Origin: Bryobacterales bacterium | GTDB taxonomy: Bacteria; Acidobacteriota; Terriglobia; Bryobacterales; UBA6623 | DNA: 64,000 bases | Direction of reading: 5' to 3' | NCBI GenBank assembly: GCA_963422375.2 | Contig: OY729428.2 | Location: 736,001 to 800,000, forward strand | The notes under the pieces: model-generated | Database searches by the model: none | The model's input: the letters and a program-made list of their open reading frames with translations, nothing else | Told to the model about the DNA's origin: nothing | Position numbers and translations under genes: made by a program | Shown: in pieces, positions 40,715 through 54,205 of the stretch | Position numbering within the stretch: position 1 is the first letter of the stretch | Layout of the letters: each line of letters starts with the position of its first letter

Positions 40715-42172
40715 TCAGGCCAGGGTGCTCCACGCCACCACGGCAAACATGGCGCCGTAGCCGGTCGCGCAGGCGACCAGCGCCAGCCGGCGCCAAAGGG
40801 GCGGCCTGAGCTCGGGAGGCAGCAGCCTGGTGTTCACGAGCAGCAGCTGGACGCTGGCGACGGCCAGCACGAAACCCGCGACGTTCCCGAGCCACTTCAT
40901 CATCTCCATCGCCGTGCCCCAGCGCGCCACCAAGGCGGACCAAGCTGTGAAGGTCACGAACAGGGCGTAGTAAAGCGACCGGGCGTGGTTCCGGGCTAGG
41001 GCGCGGATCCCGGGGCTTCCGGCCCAGGCGATGTCCGTCAGTATCCGCACGAGAATCTCGGTGTTTCCCAAGTGGGTCGAGAACAGGACCCAGAAGCCGT
41101 TCAGCAGAGCCAGGAACCAGAAGCCCTGCCACAGGTTGCGGGCGAGGTAATCGGCCTGGTAGGCTCCGGCGCCGAGCTGCGACAGGTCCGTGCCCGGCGG
41201 GATTACGCTGGTCGCGAGATTGACGTTCAGGAACATGCCGACGAAGCAGCCTCCCGCCCAGAGCCAGATCTGGTCGGCGGTGACGTACTGCCACCAGCGC
41301 CGCCAGCGAGCGAGGTTCAGGGCGCTCCCGGGAAACACGCTTCCCGTCGGTGCGACCCGGATCGACCGGGAACTGGTGGCCGAGGAGATCGCCCCCGTGT
41401 AGGCGGCCATGCCGAAGCCCTTGTCCCGAAACCAGTTCGAGACCGCCAGATTGCCGAAGCCCCCGGAGCCCGACGAGGCCGCGAGAGCTCCGACCAAGGC
41501 GATGTCAACGCCAGCCGGCAGCGCGCCGCCCGAGAAGAAGCCGACCAGCGTCAGGCCCCAGTCCCTAGCCGACACAAAGAACAGGTTGACGAACGCCAGG
41601 AAGCCGAAGATGAACGCCACCATCGTCCACGAGATTCGTTCCAAGGTGCGCTCGATCGTCTCGCCGAATAGCAGCAGCGCGAGAGCGAGAGCGAGCACGC
41701 CGTACGTCGCGGTGGCAAGCGCCCCGCCGTCGCCCTCGCCCGGCATCCGGCCGGCGAAGGTGGCGAAGACCGTCGCGGCGCTTCCGGCGGCCACCGCGGG
41801 CAGGCCCATCTGGGCCGCGCATAGGACTGCGTAGACCGGCCCCCAGACCCGCGGTCCGGGCCGCAGGCGCATGAAGCCCGTGACGACCGGTTCGCCCGTG
41901 CAGACCGTGTAGCGGATCGCCTCGAGATTGAACAGCAGCTGCAGGAGGATGGCCAGCGTCGCGATCCAGAGCAGGTTGCGACCGTACTGCACGCCGATGG
42001 CCGGGCCGACGAGCCACTCCCCGCCCCCGATCGAGGAGGCGAGCAGGATGGCGCCCGGCCCGATCACGCGGAACAGGTTGCGCGCGGAGAACGGCGGCGC
42101 GTCCGGCAGGTCCCGCGTGCCCCAGGGCGGCAGCGCCCCGGCACGGCGCTCCTTGCGGCCCGTCCGGCTCAA
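40715..42172 (-). CDS. Nramp/APC-superfamily-like membrane transporter
   Basis: GPGAILLASSIGGGEWLVGP, RYT..TGE, WFRDKGFGM; about 11 TM segments; TTG start overlaps the upstream stop. Confidence 0.75.
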   Translation of the reverse strand: MSRTGRKERRAGALPPWGTRDLPDAPPFSARNLFRVIGPGAILLASSIGGGEWLVGPAIGVQYGRNLLWIATLAILLQLLFNLEAIRYTVCTGEPVVTGFMRLRPGPRVWGPVYAVLCAAQMGLPAVAAGSAATVFATFAGRMPGEGDGGALATATYGVLALALALLLFGETIERTLERISWTMVAFIFGFLAFVNLFFVSARDWGLTLVGFFSGGALPAGVDIALVGALAASSGSGGFGNLAVSNWFRDKGFGMAAYTGAISSATSSRSIRVAPTGSVFPGSALNLARWRRWWQYVTADQIWLWAGGCFVGMFLNVNLATSVIPPGTDLSQLGAGAYQADYLARNLWQGFWFLALLNGFWVLFSTHLGNTEILVRILTDIAWAGSPGIRALARNHARSLYYALFVTFTAWSALVARWGTAMEMMKWLGNVAGFVLAVASVQLLLVNTRLLPPELRPPLWRRLALVACATGYGAMFAVVAWSTLA

Positions 42173-42870
42173 TCGCTCCCCCGGAATCGCAGCTGCGGCA
42201 GGAAGCCGGCCGCGCGCTTCGCGGCGAGCAGCTCGTCGTAGCGCAGCAAGGCCGCGAGATCCGCCCCGCGCAGGACGGCCTCCGTGATCCGCGTCTCGGC
42301 CTCGAGCAGCCGCTCGGCGGCGCGCACGGTGTCCCCCAGGCGCGCGACGGGCACCGCGACCACGCCGTCCGCGTCGCCGACTACCCAGTCGCCGGGAGAA
42401 ACCGGCAGTCCGCCGCATTGCACGGGCACCTGCAGCTCGCCTGCGTATTCCGCCCCTCCCGCGCTCGGCACAACCGATCGTGCGAACACGGGGAAGGACT
42501 GTCTCCGAATCTCCTCGCTGTCGCGAATCGCGCCGTCGACGACGACTCCGGCCAGCCCCTTCAGCCGGGCGGCGTGCGTGATGATGCCGCCCCACAGGGC
42601 AGTGTTGCGCTCCCCGCGGCCGTCGACCACCAGCACGTGACGCTCGGGACAGGCGGAAACGGCCTTGCCAACCATCAGGATGTCCGCCGTATGCACGCGC
42701 ACGGTGAACGCCGGTCCGGCCATCGGGCCGCCGGAAGACCGGCGCTGGATTCCGTGATCCATCGCGCCGGCCTTGCCGAGGGCGTCGGATAGGAGCCCCG
42801 TCGACAAGTCGAGGAGCCGCTCGCGAGGGCGCTCGACCGCATCAGGGGGGGAGCGCATATCCATTGCCAT
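42169..42870 (-). CDS. RraA / HMG-CHA aldolase family protein
   Basis: LSDAL, GPAFTV, ALWGG, VVDGAIRD, PGDWVVGDADGVV. Confidence 0.9.
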   Translation of the reverse strand: MAMDMRSPPDAVERPRERLLDLSTGLLSDALGKAGAMDHGIQRRSSGGPMAGPAFTVRVHTADILMVGKAVSACPERHVLVVDGRGERNTALWGGIITHAARLKGLAGVVVDGAIRDSEEIRRQSFPVFARSVVPSAGGAEYAGELQVPVQCGGLPVSPGDWVVGDADGVVAVPVARLGDTVRAAERLLEAETRITEAVLRGADLAALLRYDELLAAKRAAGFLPQLRFRGSD

Positions 42871-42874
42871 GCCG

Positions 42875-43999
42875 CTACGCGCCGGCCGGGACGCCCTCGC
42901 CGAGGGCGACCTCTTCCTGCAGGATCACCTGCGCCGGGTTGATCGCGCCGTGCCTGGCCTTATTCGCGGTGATCGCGAAGGCCTCGCGCACCGACTCGAT
43001 GCCGGCCAGCCGGTGCGTGATCATCGGAGCGAGTTCCACGCGGCCCGAAGCCACCAAGCGCACGGTGTGCTCCAAGTGCGCCAGCGTGCTGATGTCCGGG
43101 AACAGCACCCGCAGGCTGCGCTCGCGAAGGGCGTCCACGTCAATCTCGAGCGGGCCGCCGAACCAAGACACCACCGTCAGCTTGCCGCCCGAGCGGACAG
43201 CCCGGACAGCCTGCTCAAGCGCGCTCTTGCCGGCCAGCCCCTGCTTGGGGCTGCCGCCCGCGCATTCGAAGACCAGATCCGCTCCGTTTCCACCGGTCAG
43301 GTCGCGAATCGCGTCGACCGGGTCGTCGCGCCGGGCGTCGATCGCGGCGTCCGCTCCCAGCTCCAGCGAGAGGCGGCACGCTTCCTCGCGGATGTCGACC
43401 GTCACGATGCGCCCTGCCCCGGCGTTGCGGGCCGCCTGCATGCACTCGAGGCCCATGCTCCCCTGCCCGAACACGGCCACGGACTCGCCTAGGCGGATTC
43501 CCGCCGTGTCGACAGCCGCCAGACTGTCGCTCAGAGACTGCAGGCAGGCGGCCTCGCCGTCGCTGACCCGAGGGTCGACCGCAGCGAGCGCGGTCTCCGG
43601 CAGGAGCGCCCTCTCCGCGAGGCAGCCCGGAAGCTGGAATCCGATGATCGGCCCGGCGCGGCAGGCTTCCTCCCGCCCGCAACCGCAGAGCGCGCAGCGG
43701 CCGCACGGCAGCTTCGCCCGCGCAGCCACCCTGTCGCCGGGCCGGAAGCACGAGGACGGCGGTGACTGAAGGATCCGAGCGCAGAACTCGTGGCCGAACA
43801 GCCGCAGCGGCGCTTCCGTCTCGAGCCTCCGCTTGACCTCCGCGAACGCCAGCGTCGGCACTCCGAAGGCGAGCTGGGCCTCCGTGACGCTGGGCTGAAC
43901 GCACAGGACCTCGGCGATCACGTGGCCGTCGCGAGGCCGCGGCTCCGGCACCTCGTCAAGGCGCATGTCGCCGAAGCCGTAGAAGCGCCAGGCCCGCAT
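42875..43999 (-). CDS. Zinc-binding medium-chain dehydrogenase (sorbitol dehydrogenase-like)
   Basis: GHEF, structural Zn site CGRCALCGCGREEAC, GQGSMG Rossmann motif; SD GGGAGG. Confidence 0.88.
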   Translation of the reverse strand: MRAWRFYGFGDMRLDEVPEPRPRDGHVIAEVLCVQPSVTEAQLAFGVPTLAFAEVKRRLETEAPLRLFGHEFCARILQSPPSSCFRPGDRVAARAKLPCGRCALCGCGREEACRAGPIIGFQLPGCLAERALLPETALAAVDPRVSDGEAACLQSLSDSLAAVDTAGIRLGESVAVFGQGSMGLECMQAARNAGAGRIVTVDIREEACRLSLELGADAAIDARRDDPVDAIRDLTGGNGADLVFECAGGSPKQGLAGKSALEQAVRAVRSGGKLTVVSWFGGPLEIDVDALRERSLRVLFPDISTLAHLEHTVRLVASGRVELAPMITHRLAGIESVREAFAITANKARHGAINPAQVILQEEVALGEGVPAGA

Positions 44000-44097
44000 G
44001 CGTGCCTCCCGGCCGGTCGGCCGAAACCGCAGGCAGTGTACCAAGCCGGGCCGCGCGCGAGGAGAGGGCCCCGCGCCCGGAAGAATCGGGGAGAGGC

Positions 44098-45411
44098 CTA
44101 CAGCCGGATCGTCAGCATCGCGTTCAGGAACGTCTGCGACTGCCCCGCCGGCACGCTGGCGATGACGAACGGCCCCGCGAAGAAACGCGACACGCCCAAC
44201 CTGAGCTGCACCTCGCGGACCGGACGGTAGAGGATGGTCGGGTCCAGCTCGGAGCCGATCGCGGAGTTCGAGGCACCGCCCGGAGGCGCGGCCGCCCGCA
44301 GGTCCTGGCCGGTCTCGTACAGGCCGTCCCGGAGGCTTGCGAGCCTGAAGTCGATCAGGCTGACGCTCACCTGCAGCTTGCGCAGCGGATGCAGATCCAC
44401 CCCGGTCTCGCGGTACTTCAGATTGCGGAAGCCCGCGAGATCCTGCTCGCCTAAGTGGCGGTGCCGCGACGGGAAGAGCGCGTCGAACGTGCCGTTGCGC
44501 CCGTCGCCCGGATCCCGGTCCCCGCTGGCATAGCTCCATTCGAATCCGATGCGAGGGCTCGCCGGGGCCCCGGGGATGGTCCTGCCGAGTTCCCAGACAC
44601 CCGCCCAGGCCCGCTGCGGCATGTCCGCTCGCCCGCCGCCCTGCGACATCAGGATGACCTGGTATTCCCAGACACCCGCGGGGGCCCCCGCGGCCCGCAG
44701 GCCCCCCGTGCGGACGAGGCCGCCGAGATGTGACACAGGGGCGACCTCCCGGCGCGTCGTCAGCAGGACCGGCTCCACGAGCAGGCTCTCGCCGACGACA
44801 GGCGCGGAGCCGACCATGCCGTACACGAACCGGGAGAGAGACGGCGGGTCGAGGCCGTCCCGGATTTCGGCCTGGGTGTAGCCCAGCAGATGCAACTCGC
44901 CGGAGCCGCGCCGCAGCGTGAGCGTCGATCCGTCCCATGTCGGCGAGACGTTGCTCCATCCCCGCGGGCCCAGCACGCGATCGTCGATGAAGCTGAGTTC
45001 CTGCCGGCCCGCTCGAATCGTCCAGGGACCGTCCTCGCGTCCCGCGGCGATGTACGCCTGGCGCAAGTCCAGGCCGTTGCGAAAGCCAGCGCGGATCCTG
45101 CCTGCTCCCAACGAGCCCACTCTCGAGTCCTGGGCCTGCAGGAAGACACTCAGGCCCGCCCGCGGGCGATACGCGAAATCGAGGCGCAACCTGGATGTGG
45201 CGAGACGGTCCTCCCGCTCCGGGTTCTCCCCGCTTCCCTCGCGGGTCTCCGCCCGGGCCCTTAGCTCCGCCCCGAACTGGAATCGCGGCTCGGCCTCCTT
45301 GCGGAACGCGTCATCGCCGCGCGCGGAGACGCCGGCGACAAGCAGGCCCAAGGCCGCGGCGAGCGCCGGGCGGACGAGAGAGGATCCCGAGTTGCAACGG
45401 CCCATCCGCAT
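44098..45411 (-). CDS. Alginate export family outer-membrane beta-barrel
   Basis: Signal peptide, FLQAQDSR, LDLRQAY, GRQEL, YASGD, IGSELD. Confidence 0.78.
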   Translation of the reverse strand: MRMGRCNSGSSLVRPALAAALGLLVAGVSARGDDAFRKEAEPRFQFGAELRARAETREGSGENPEREDRLATSRLRLDFAYRPRAGLSVFLQAQDSRVGSLGAGRIRAGFRNGLDLRQAYIAAGREDGPWTIRAGRQELSFIDDRVLGPRGWSNVSPTWDGSTLTLRRGSGELHLLGYTQAEIRDGLDPPSLSRFVYGMVGSAPVVGESLLVEPVLLTTRREVAPVSHLGGLVRTGGLRAAGAPAGVWEYQVILMSQGGGRADMPQRAWAGVWELGRTIPGAPASPRIGFEWSYASGDRDPGDGRNGTFDALFPSRHRHLGEQDLAGFRNLKYRETGVDLHPLRKLQVSVSLIDFRLASLRDGLYETGQDLRAAAPPGGASNSAIGSELDPTILYRPVREVQLRLGVSRFFAGPFVIASVPAGQSQTFLNAMLTIRL

Positions 45412-45518
45412 CGGCGCGGGCTCCCGTTGCCCGCCGTCCCGGCCCGCCTGGGGGAAGCGCGGCGAAGTGCCCTGCCTTCTCTCGAATCTAGCAAGACGGC
45501 CCGACCCGCCCGGCGCGC

Positions 45519-47369
45519 TCACTCGCCTCCGACGCTCAGGACGGCGAGGAACGCCTCCTGGGGGATCTCGACGCGCCCGACGCGCTTCATCCGGCGCTTG
45601 CCCTCCCGCTGCTTCTCCAGCAGCTTGCGCTTGCGCGTGATGTCGCCGCCGTAGCACTTCGCGGTCACGTTCTTGCGCAGCGCGGCGATGTTCTCGCGCG
45701 CGATGATCTTGTTCCCGATGGCAGCCTGCAGGGCGACCTCGAACTGCTGCCGCGGGATCAGCTTGCGGAACTTCTGGATCAGCGCCTTGCCGCGCTCGTG
45801 GGCCTGGTCGCGATGCACGATGACCGAGAGCGCGTCGACCAGATCCCCGGCGACGAGAATGTCGAGCCGGACCATCGGCGAGACCCAGTAGCCCGAGAAG
45901 TGGTAATCGATGGAGGCGTAGCCCCGCGACACCGTCTTCAAGCGGTCGTAGAAGTCCAGCACGATCTCGTTGAGCGGCACCTCGTACGTAAGGACGGCGC
46001 GGCTGGCAGCGGCGTACTCGAAGCTCTTCTGCACGCCCCGCTTGTCGTCGAACAGCTTCAGGATCCCGCCGAGGTGCTCGTCCCGCGAGATGACGGTGAC
46101 CGTGAACACCGGCTCCTCGACCTGCGCGATCGAGGCCTGGGGCGGCCACCGGCTGGCGTTGTCGACCTCGGCCACGCTCCCGTCCGCCTGCGTCACGCGG
46201 TAGCGCACGCCCGGGGCGGTCGTGATCAGGGCCAGGCCGAATTCCCGTTCGAGCCGCTCCTGGACGATTTCCAGATGCAGCAGCCCGAGGAATCCGCAGC
46301 GGAATCCGAAGCCCAGCGCGACGGAGCTCTCGGGCTCGAACCGGAAGGAGCGGTCGTTGAGCTGCAGCTTCTCCAGCGCGTCGCGCAGCACGTCGTGCTG
46401 GTGGGACTCGACCGGATAGAGCCCGGCGAAGACCATGGGCTTGGACTCGGCGAATCCAGGCAGCGGCTCGCCCGGGAGATTGGCGCCGTCGCAGATCGTG
46501 TCGCCGATCCTCGTCTCGGTCACGTTCTTGATGTTGGCGATCACCCAGCCCACGTCCCCCGCGGTCAGCGCGCCGCACGAGACGGTCTTGGGAGTGCGGT
46601 AGCCCAGATCCTCGACCTCGTAGGTCCGCCCGGTGGTCCAGAGCCGGATCTTCATGCCCTTCGCCAGCGTCCCGTCGACGACCCTGGCGAGCATCACCAC
46701 GCCGCGGTAGGCGTCGTACCAAGAATCGAACAGCAGCGCGCGCAGCGGGCCGCCGGGCGCCGGGCTGGGGGCCGGCACCCGCGCCACGATCGCCTCCAGC
46801 ACCTCCCCGACTCCCGCGCCCGTCTTGGCGCTGATACGCAGGCTGTCGTGCGCCTCGAGGCCGATCGTGCCCTCGATCTCGTCCTGCACCCGGTCGGGGT
46901 CGGCGGCGGGGAGATCGATCTTGTTCAGGACGGGAATGATCTCGAGGTCGTGCTCCAGGGCGAGGTAGGTGTTGGCCATGGTCTGGGCCTCGACGCCCTG
47001 GGCAGCGTCCACCACGAGCAGCGCCCCCTCGCAGGCCGCCAGGCTGCGCGACACCTCGTAGGCGAAGTCGACGTGCCCGGGCGTGTCGATCAAGTTCAGC
47101 CGGTAGGTCGTGCCGTCCGGAGCTCGGTAGTCGAGCCGGACGGCCTGGGCCTTGATCGTGATGCCGCGCTCGCGCTCGAGGTCCATCGAGTCGAGCACCT
47201 GGTCCTGCATCTCCCGGCTGCTGATCGCCCCTGTATCCTCCAGCAGCCGGTCCGCCAGCGTCGACTTGCCGTGGTCGATGTGGGCGATGATCGAGAAATT
47301 GCGGATGAGGGAAGGGTCCATGCGGTACCGGCGGGCTGGGCGGGCGTGGGGCTGGTCCGCCACCGGCAC
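45519..47369 (-). CDS. lepA: Translation elongation factor 4
   Basis: [41 protein letters not shown]. Start may be ATG 47321. Confidence 0.98.
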   Translation of the reverse strand: MPVADQPHARPARRYRMDPSLIRNFSIIAHIDHGKSTLADRLLEDTGAISSREMQDQVLDSMDLERERGITIKAQAVRLDYRAPDGTTYRLNLIDTPGHVDFAYEVSRSLAACEGALLVVDAAQGVEAQTMANTYLALEHDLEIIPVLNKIDLPAADPDRVQDEIEGTIGLEAHDSLRISAKTGAGVGEVLEAIVARVPAPSPAPGGPLRALLFDSWYDAYRGVVMLARVVDGTLAKGMKIRLWTTGRTYEVEDLGYRTPKTVSCGALTAGDVGWVIANIKNVTETRIGDTICDGANLPGEPLPGFAESKPMVFAGLYPVESHQHDVLRDALEKLQLNDRSFRFEPESSVALGFGFRCGFLGLLHLEIVQERLEREFGLALITTAPGVRYRVTQADGSVAEVDNASRWPPQASIAQVEEPVFTVTVISRDEHLGGILKLFDDKRGVQKSFEYAAASRAVLTYEVPLNEIVLDFYDRLKTVSRGYASIDYHFSGYWVSPMVRLDILVAGDLVDALSVIVHRDQAHERGKALIQKFRKLIPRQQFEVALQAAIGNKIIARENIAALRKNVTAKCYGGDITRKRKLLEKQREGKRRMKRVGRVEIPQEAFLAVLSVGGE

Positions 47370-47414
47370 TCTCCCGATCCGATTGTAGCGACCGCCCCGG
47401 GGCCGCGGGCGCGC

Positions 47415-50848
<3,434 letters not shown>

Positions 50849-50852
<4 letters not shown>

Positions 50853-51325
50853 CCGGCTCGCATCCCCCGGATGTTCGTCACCATGTCCGTGGTCGAGTAC
50901 CCGGTCTCCACGGGCAAGGCGCGGACCTCCCCGCCCGCCGCCTCGACGATCTCGCGCCCCGCGATCCAGTGAGCCCAGTCCGCGCCCTTGACGAGCACGT
51001 CGGGCAGCAGCGCCTCGAGCAGGGCGTGCGGCGTCTCCTCGCCGAACACAGTGACGGCGTCGACGCAGGCGAGCGCCGCGAGCGTGGCCGCGCGCTCGCG
51101 CTCGGGCAGGACCGGGCGGAGGGGGCCCTTCAGGCCGCGCACGCTGGCATCGGAGTTGACCGCCACGACGAGCCTGCGGCCCAAGGCGCTGGCGCGCTCC
51201 AGCAGGCGCACGTGGCCCGGGTGCAGCAGGTCGAAGCAGCCGTTGGTGAACACCACCCGCTCGCCGCGACGCGCCCAGTCGGCGCGCAGCCGCGCCAAGT
51301 CGGGCCGTTCCAGCACGACGCCCAT
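50849..51325 (-). CDS. rfaE2: D-glycero-beta-D-manno-heptose 1-phosphate adenylyltransferase
   Basis: [32 protein letters not shown]. Confidence 0.92.
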
Positions 51326-51352
51326 CGATCCGGCCGCCCGCTACAGGAAGCG

Positions 51353-51952
51353 CTAGCGGCTGAGCGCCAGCTCGGGCTGGTAGTCCCGCACGGGCTGGGC
51401 GAGGAGGGGGAACTCGCGGATCTTGCGGTAGACGGGCCCCCGCTCCGTATTCTGGCTACCGTAGAGGGCGAACCGGTCGGGGGCGATGGTGCCGAACTCC
51501 CGGCTCGGCAGCTCCTCCATGGCCTCGTACATCTCGGTCAGGTCGCACTGGCCCCGCAGGCGGCCCAGAGTGAGATGCGGCATGTAGGGGCGCACTTCCG
51601 GGGCGATGCCCAAGCGCGTGAGCCGGGCGTCGATGCTGCTGGCGAGCTGTCGCAGCGGCGGGGTGTTCTCGGCGATCACCCAGAAGACACGCGGGCTGTG
51701 CGCGTAGGGAAAGAAGCCGAGGCCCGCCAGCGGCACCGAGATGCGGGTGGCGACGCGCACGCCCCCGAGCGCGCGCGTGAGGTGATCCAGCCGGCTCTCG
51801 TCCCACTCGCCGATGTACTTCAGCGTCACGTGCATGTTCCGCGGATGCACCCAGCGGATCGGCGCCATGGGGGCGAGGCGGCGAACCAGCTCCGTGAGGT
51901 TCGCGATGACTTTGGAGTCGGGTTCAAATGCAACAAAGAAACGCATGGTCAT
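51353..51952 (-). CDS. thpR: RNA 2',3'-cyclic phosphodiesterase (2H family)
   Basis: MRFFVA and two HxT motifs (HVTLKYIG, PHLTLGR). Confidence 0.9.
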   Translation of the reverse strand: MTMRFFVAFEPDSKVIANLTELVRRLAPMAPIRWVHPRNMHVTLKYIGEWDESRLDHLTRALGGVRVATRISVPLAGLGFFPYAHSPRVFWVIAENTPPLRQLASSIDARLTRLGIAPEVRPYMPHLTLGRLRGQCDLTEMYEAMEELPSREFGTIAPDRFALYGSQNTERGPVYRKIREFPLLAQPVRDYQPELALSR

Positions 51953-51986
51953 TGAAAGCGGGCCGGCCGGATGCCGGGCCGGCCGC

Positions 51987-52391
51987 CTATTTCTTGTGAA
52001 CGGAAACCTGGTTCGATGGAGGCTCGAGGACGATCGTCTCCGTCTGTTCGGGCTCGGTCAACGCGACCTGCTCGCCATGGGTACGGTAGCCTTGGCTGAT
52101 CACTTGGATCAGCACGTGGCCCCGCGGCAGCGGCGGGACCGGCGTGCTGCCCTCGTTGCTCGTCTTGAGCTCGAGGGCCTGGCCCTTTCGCGGCCTGAAC
52201 TTCTTGCCCTTGAGCGGCCGGACGATCACGCTGGCGCGCGGGACCGGCCGGCCCTGCCGGTCATGGACCAGGATGCGCAGCGTGGTCCACTCGCGGGCCG
52301 CCGACAGGGTCGAGGGCCCGGGCAGCGCCCCGGCCAGAGCGGCCAGGAACAGCCGCCGCGACCCTCGCGCAGCGCAGCCCATTCGCGTCAT
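51987..52391 (-). CDS. Small exported carboxypeptidase-regulatory-like (transthyretin-like fold) domain protein
   Basis: RRLFL signal, VHDRQGRPVPRASV, TSNEG, GYRT. Confidence 0.7.
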   Translation of the reverse strand: MTRMGCAARGSRRLFLAALAGALPGPSTLSAAREWTTLRILVHDRQGRPVPRASVIVRPLKGKKFRPRKGQALELKTSNEGSTPVPPLPRGHVLIQVISQGYRTHGEQVALTEPEQTETIVLEPPSNQVSVHKK

Positions 52392-52396
52392 GTCGC

Positions 52397-54187
52397 TCAG
52401 AAGATGTAGCTCAGCGCGCCGGAATAGCTCCGGATCGCCTGCAGCAGGCTCAGGACGCGGCCCCGATCCGCGCGAAGCGGCACGTAGCCGGTCTTGAGGA
52501 TGTTGCGGATTTCGGCGCTGGCCTCGAACTTCCCGGGCATGCCGCCCCCGATCGGAAGCGGCTGGCGCAGAGCCAGGTTGAGGCCCGGGTCGGACCGCGC
52601 GGCGAAATCGTTGAATGGGTCGGCGCTCGCGACCGACTGCCGACTCGACCACTGGTACGACGCGTCCAGCGCCGTGCCGGCGCCGGGCAGCTCGGCAGAG
52701 ACCGACGCTAGGAGCAGGTGGGCGCGTTGCGCCCGCAGGACCTCCCGCAGCTCGTCCGCCCGGCCGCTCCGCAGCCGGGTGCGCGACGGGGCCAGCACGC
52801 CGGCGTAGCCGTAGCCCACCGCCGCCTGCAGGCGGTCCCCAATATTGCGGGCGTAGGAGACCCGCAGGCCGCTCGCCCGGTAGTCGCCGCCGTTGAGCGT
52901 CGACGTGGCGGCGCGCAGGTCGGGCACGGCGTCGCCGTCGGCGTACATGCCCTCCGGCAGGGCCGCGGTGATCGCGGCATCCCGGATCCAGTCGCGGTAG
53001 ACGGCCGCTTCGACGAGATTGTCGCCGAACTGCTCGCTGTAAGCCACCTCGGCGTGCTCGGAGCGCTGCACGGTGGGCCTTCCATGGACCAAGGCGACGC
53101 GCGGGAACATGCCCAGCTGCCTCACGTCGCCCTGCAGCGCCGCGTCCGGGCGCCGCCCGGCGAGGGACTGCGGCGGCACGCCCGACGCGTACTTGAAGGC
53201 GATCTCGCGGCCCGGCGCCAGCTTGTAGACGGCCTGGCCGCGCGGGCTGGCGAACTGCAGCCTCTGGACGAACTTGACGGACTCGAAGAGCAGGCCGTAC
53301 TCCACTCGCAGGGAGTCGGTGAGGTCCACCGAGTCGGCGAATTCCAAGGACAGGCTCTCCAGCCGCGGCACGCCCTGGCCGTCCTGCGCCTCCAGCAGCC
53401 CCGCCGTCGCCACCGAGGCGGCCTGCATCTGGCGCACCGTCAGGGAGACTTCGGGCTTGGCGGGACCCAAGTCCCTGGCGTAGGTGGTGCGGAAGGCGCG
53501 CGACCCGCCGGACAGGTCCGCCCGTCCGACGCCCGGGCTTCCGCTCACGGTGAGGTCGTGATTCCCGAACAGCGACGTCGCCACGGCGAAGGCGGTGCCT
53601 AGGTCCTGCTGCGAGCGGAGACCGCTGGAGCGGTTGCCCAGCCCGGCGCTGAACTCGGCGTACGCGCGCGTGTCCTCGAACGGGCCGCCCAGCCTGCGCA
53701 GGAACTCCTCGCGCTCGTCGCGCCGGCCCGGGGAGAAGCGCAGCACGTTGCGCCTGGAGTGCGTGGCGCGCAGCACCCACTTCCAGCGCTCCGACATGTC
53801 GCGCACCTGGCTGCCGTACGCCAGCTGCAGGCTTGCCAGCACCCCGCGCATGCAGACGTCGAGGACCGTCCGCTCGCCGGGGTCGACCTCCAAGCCGGGC
53901 ATGCGGGCCGGGGCGAAGTTCGGCTGCCGAACCTCGAGCGCGTACCCGCCGGGGAAGAGCCCGGTGAACTGGAACCAACCGCGGTAGTCGCTCGCGACCG
54001 TCTGCGCCACGCGCCCGTCGGAAGCGATCAGATCGACCTCGGCCCCCATCTGCGGGACGCCCGCCTCGTCGCGCACCAAGCCCGCCACGCTCCCGCCCAC
54101 CTGGGCGGCGGCGGGCAGCGCCAGCGCCAGCGCCAGCAGGGCCCCCCGCCCGCGGCTTGCTGCCGGATTCCGAGATCGTCGCGGCAT
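52397..54187 (-). CDS. Outer-membrane protein with N-terminal carboxypeptidase-regulatory-like domain and putative beta-barrel
   Basis: Signal peptide, GLVRDEAGVPQMGAEV...GLFPGGYAL, amphipathic strands, terminal YIF. Confidence 0.7.
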   Translation of the reverse strand: MPRRSRNPAASRGRGALLALALALPAAAQVGGSVAGLVRDEAGVPQMGAEVDLIASDGRVAQTVASDYRGWFQFTGLFPGGYALEVRQPNFAPARMPGLEVDPGERTVLDVCMRGVLASLQLAYGSQVRDMSERWKWVLRATHSRRNVLRFSPGRRDEREEFLRRLGGPFEDTRAYAEFSAGLGNRSSGLRSQQDLGTAFAVATSLFGNHDLTVSGSPGVGRADLSGGSRAFRTTYARDLGPAKPEVSLTVRQMQAASVATAGLLEAQDGQGVPRLESLSLEFADSVDLTDSLRVEYGLLFESVKFVQRLQFASPRGQAVYKLAPGREIAFKYASGVPPQSLAGRRPDAALQGDVRQLGMFPRVALVHGRPTVQRSEHAEVAYSEQFGDNLVEAAVYRDWIRDAAITAALPEGMYADGDAVPDLRAATSTLNGGDYRASGLRVSYARNIGDRLQAAVGYGYAGVLAPSRTRLRSGRADELREVLRAQRAHLLLASVSAELPGAGTALDASYQWSSRQSVASADPFNDFAARSDPGLNLALRQPLPIGGGMPGKFEASAEIRNILKTGYVPLRADRGRVLSLLQAIRSYSGALSYIF

Positions 54188-54205
54188 GCTGGATCGGCTC
54201 GCGCT

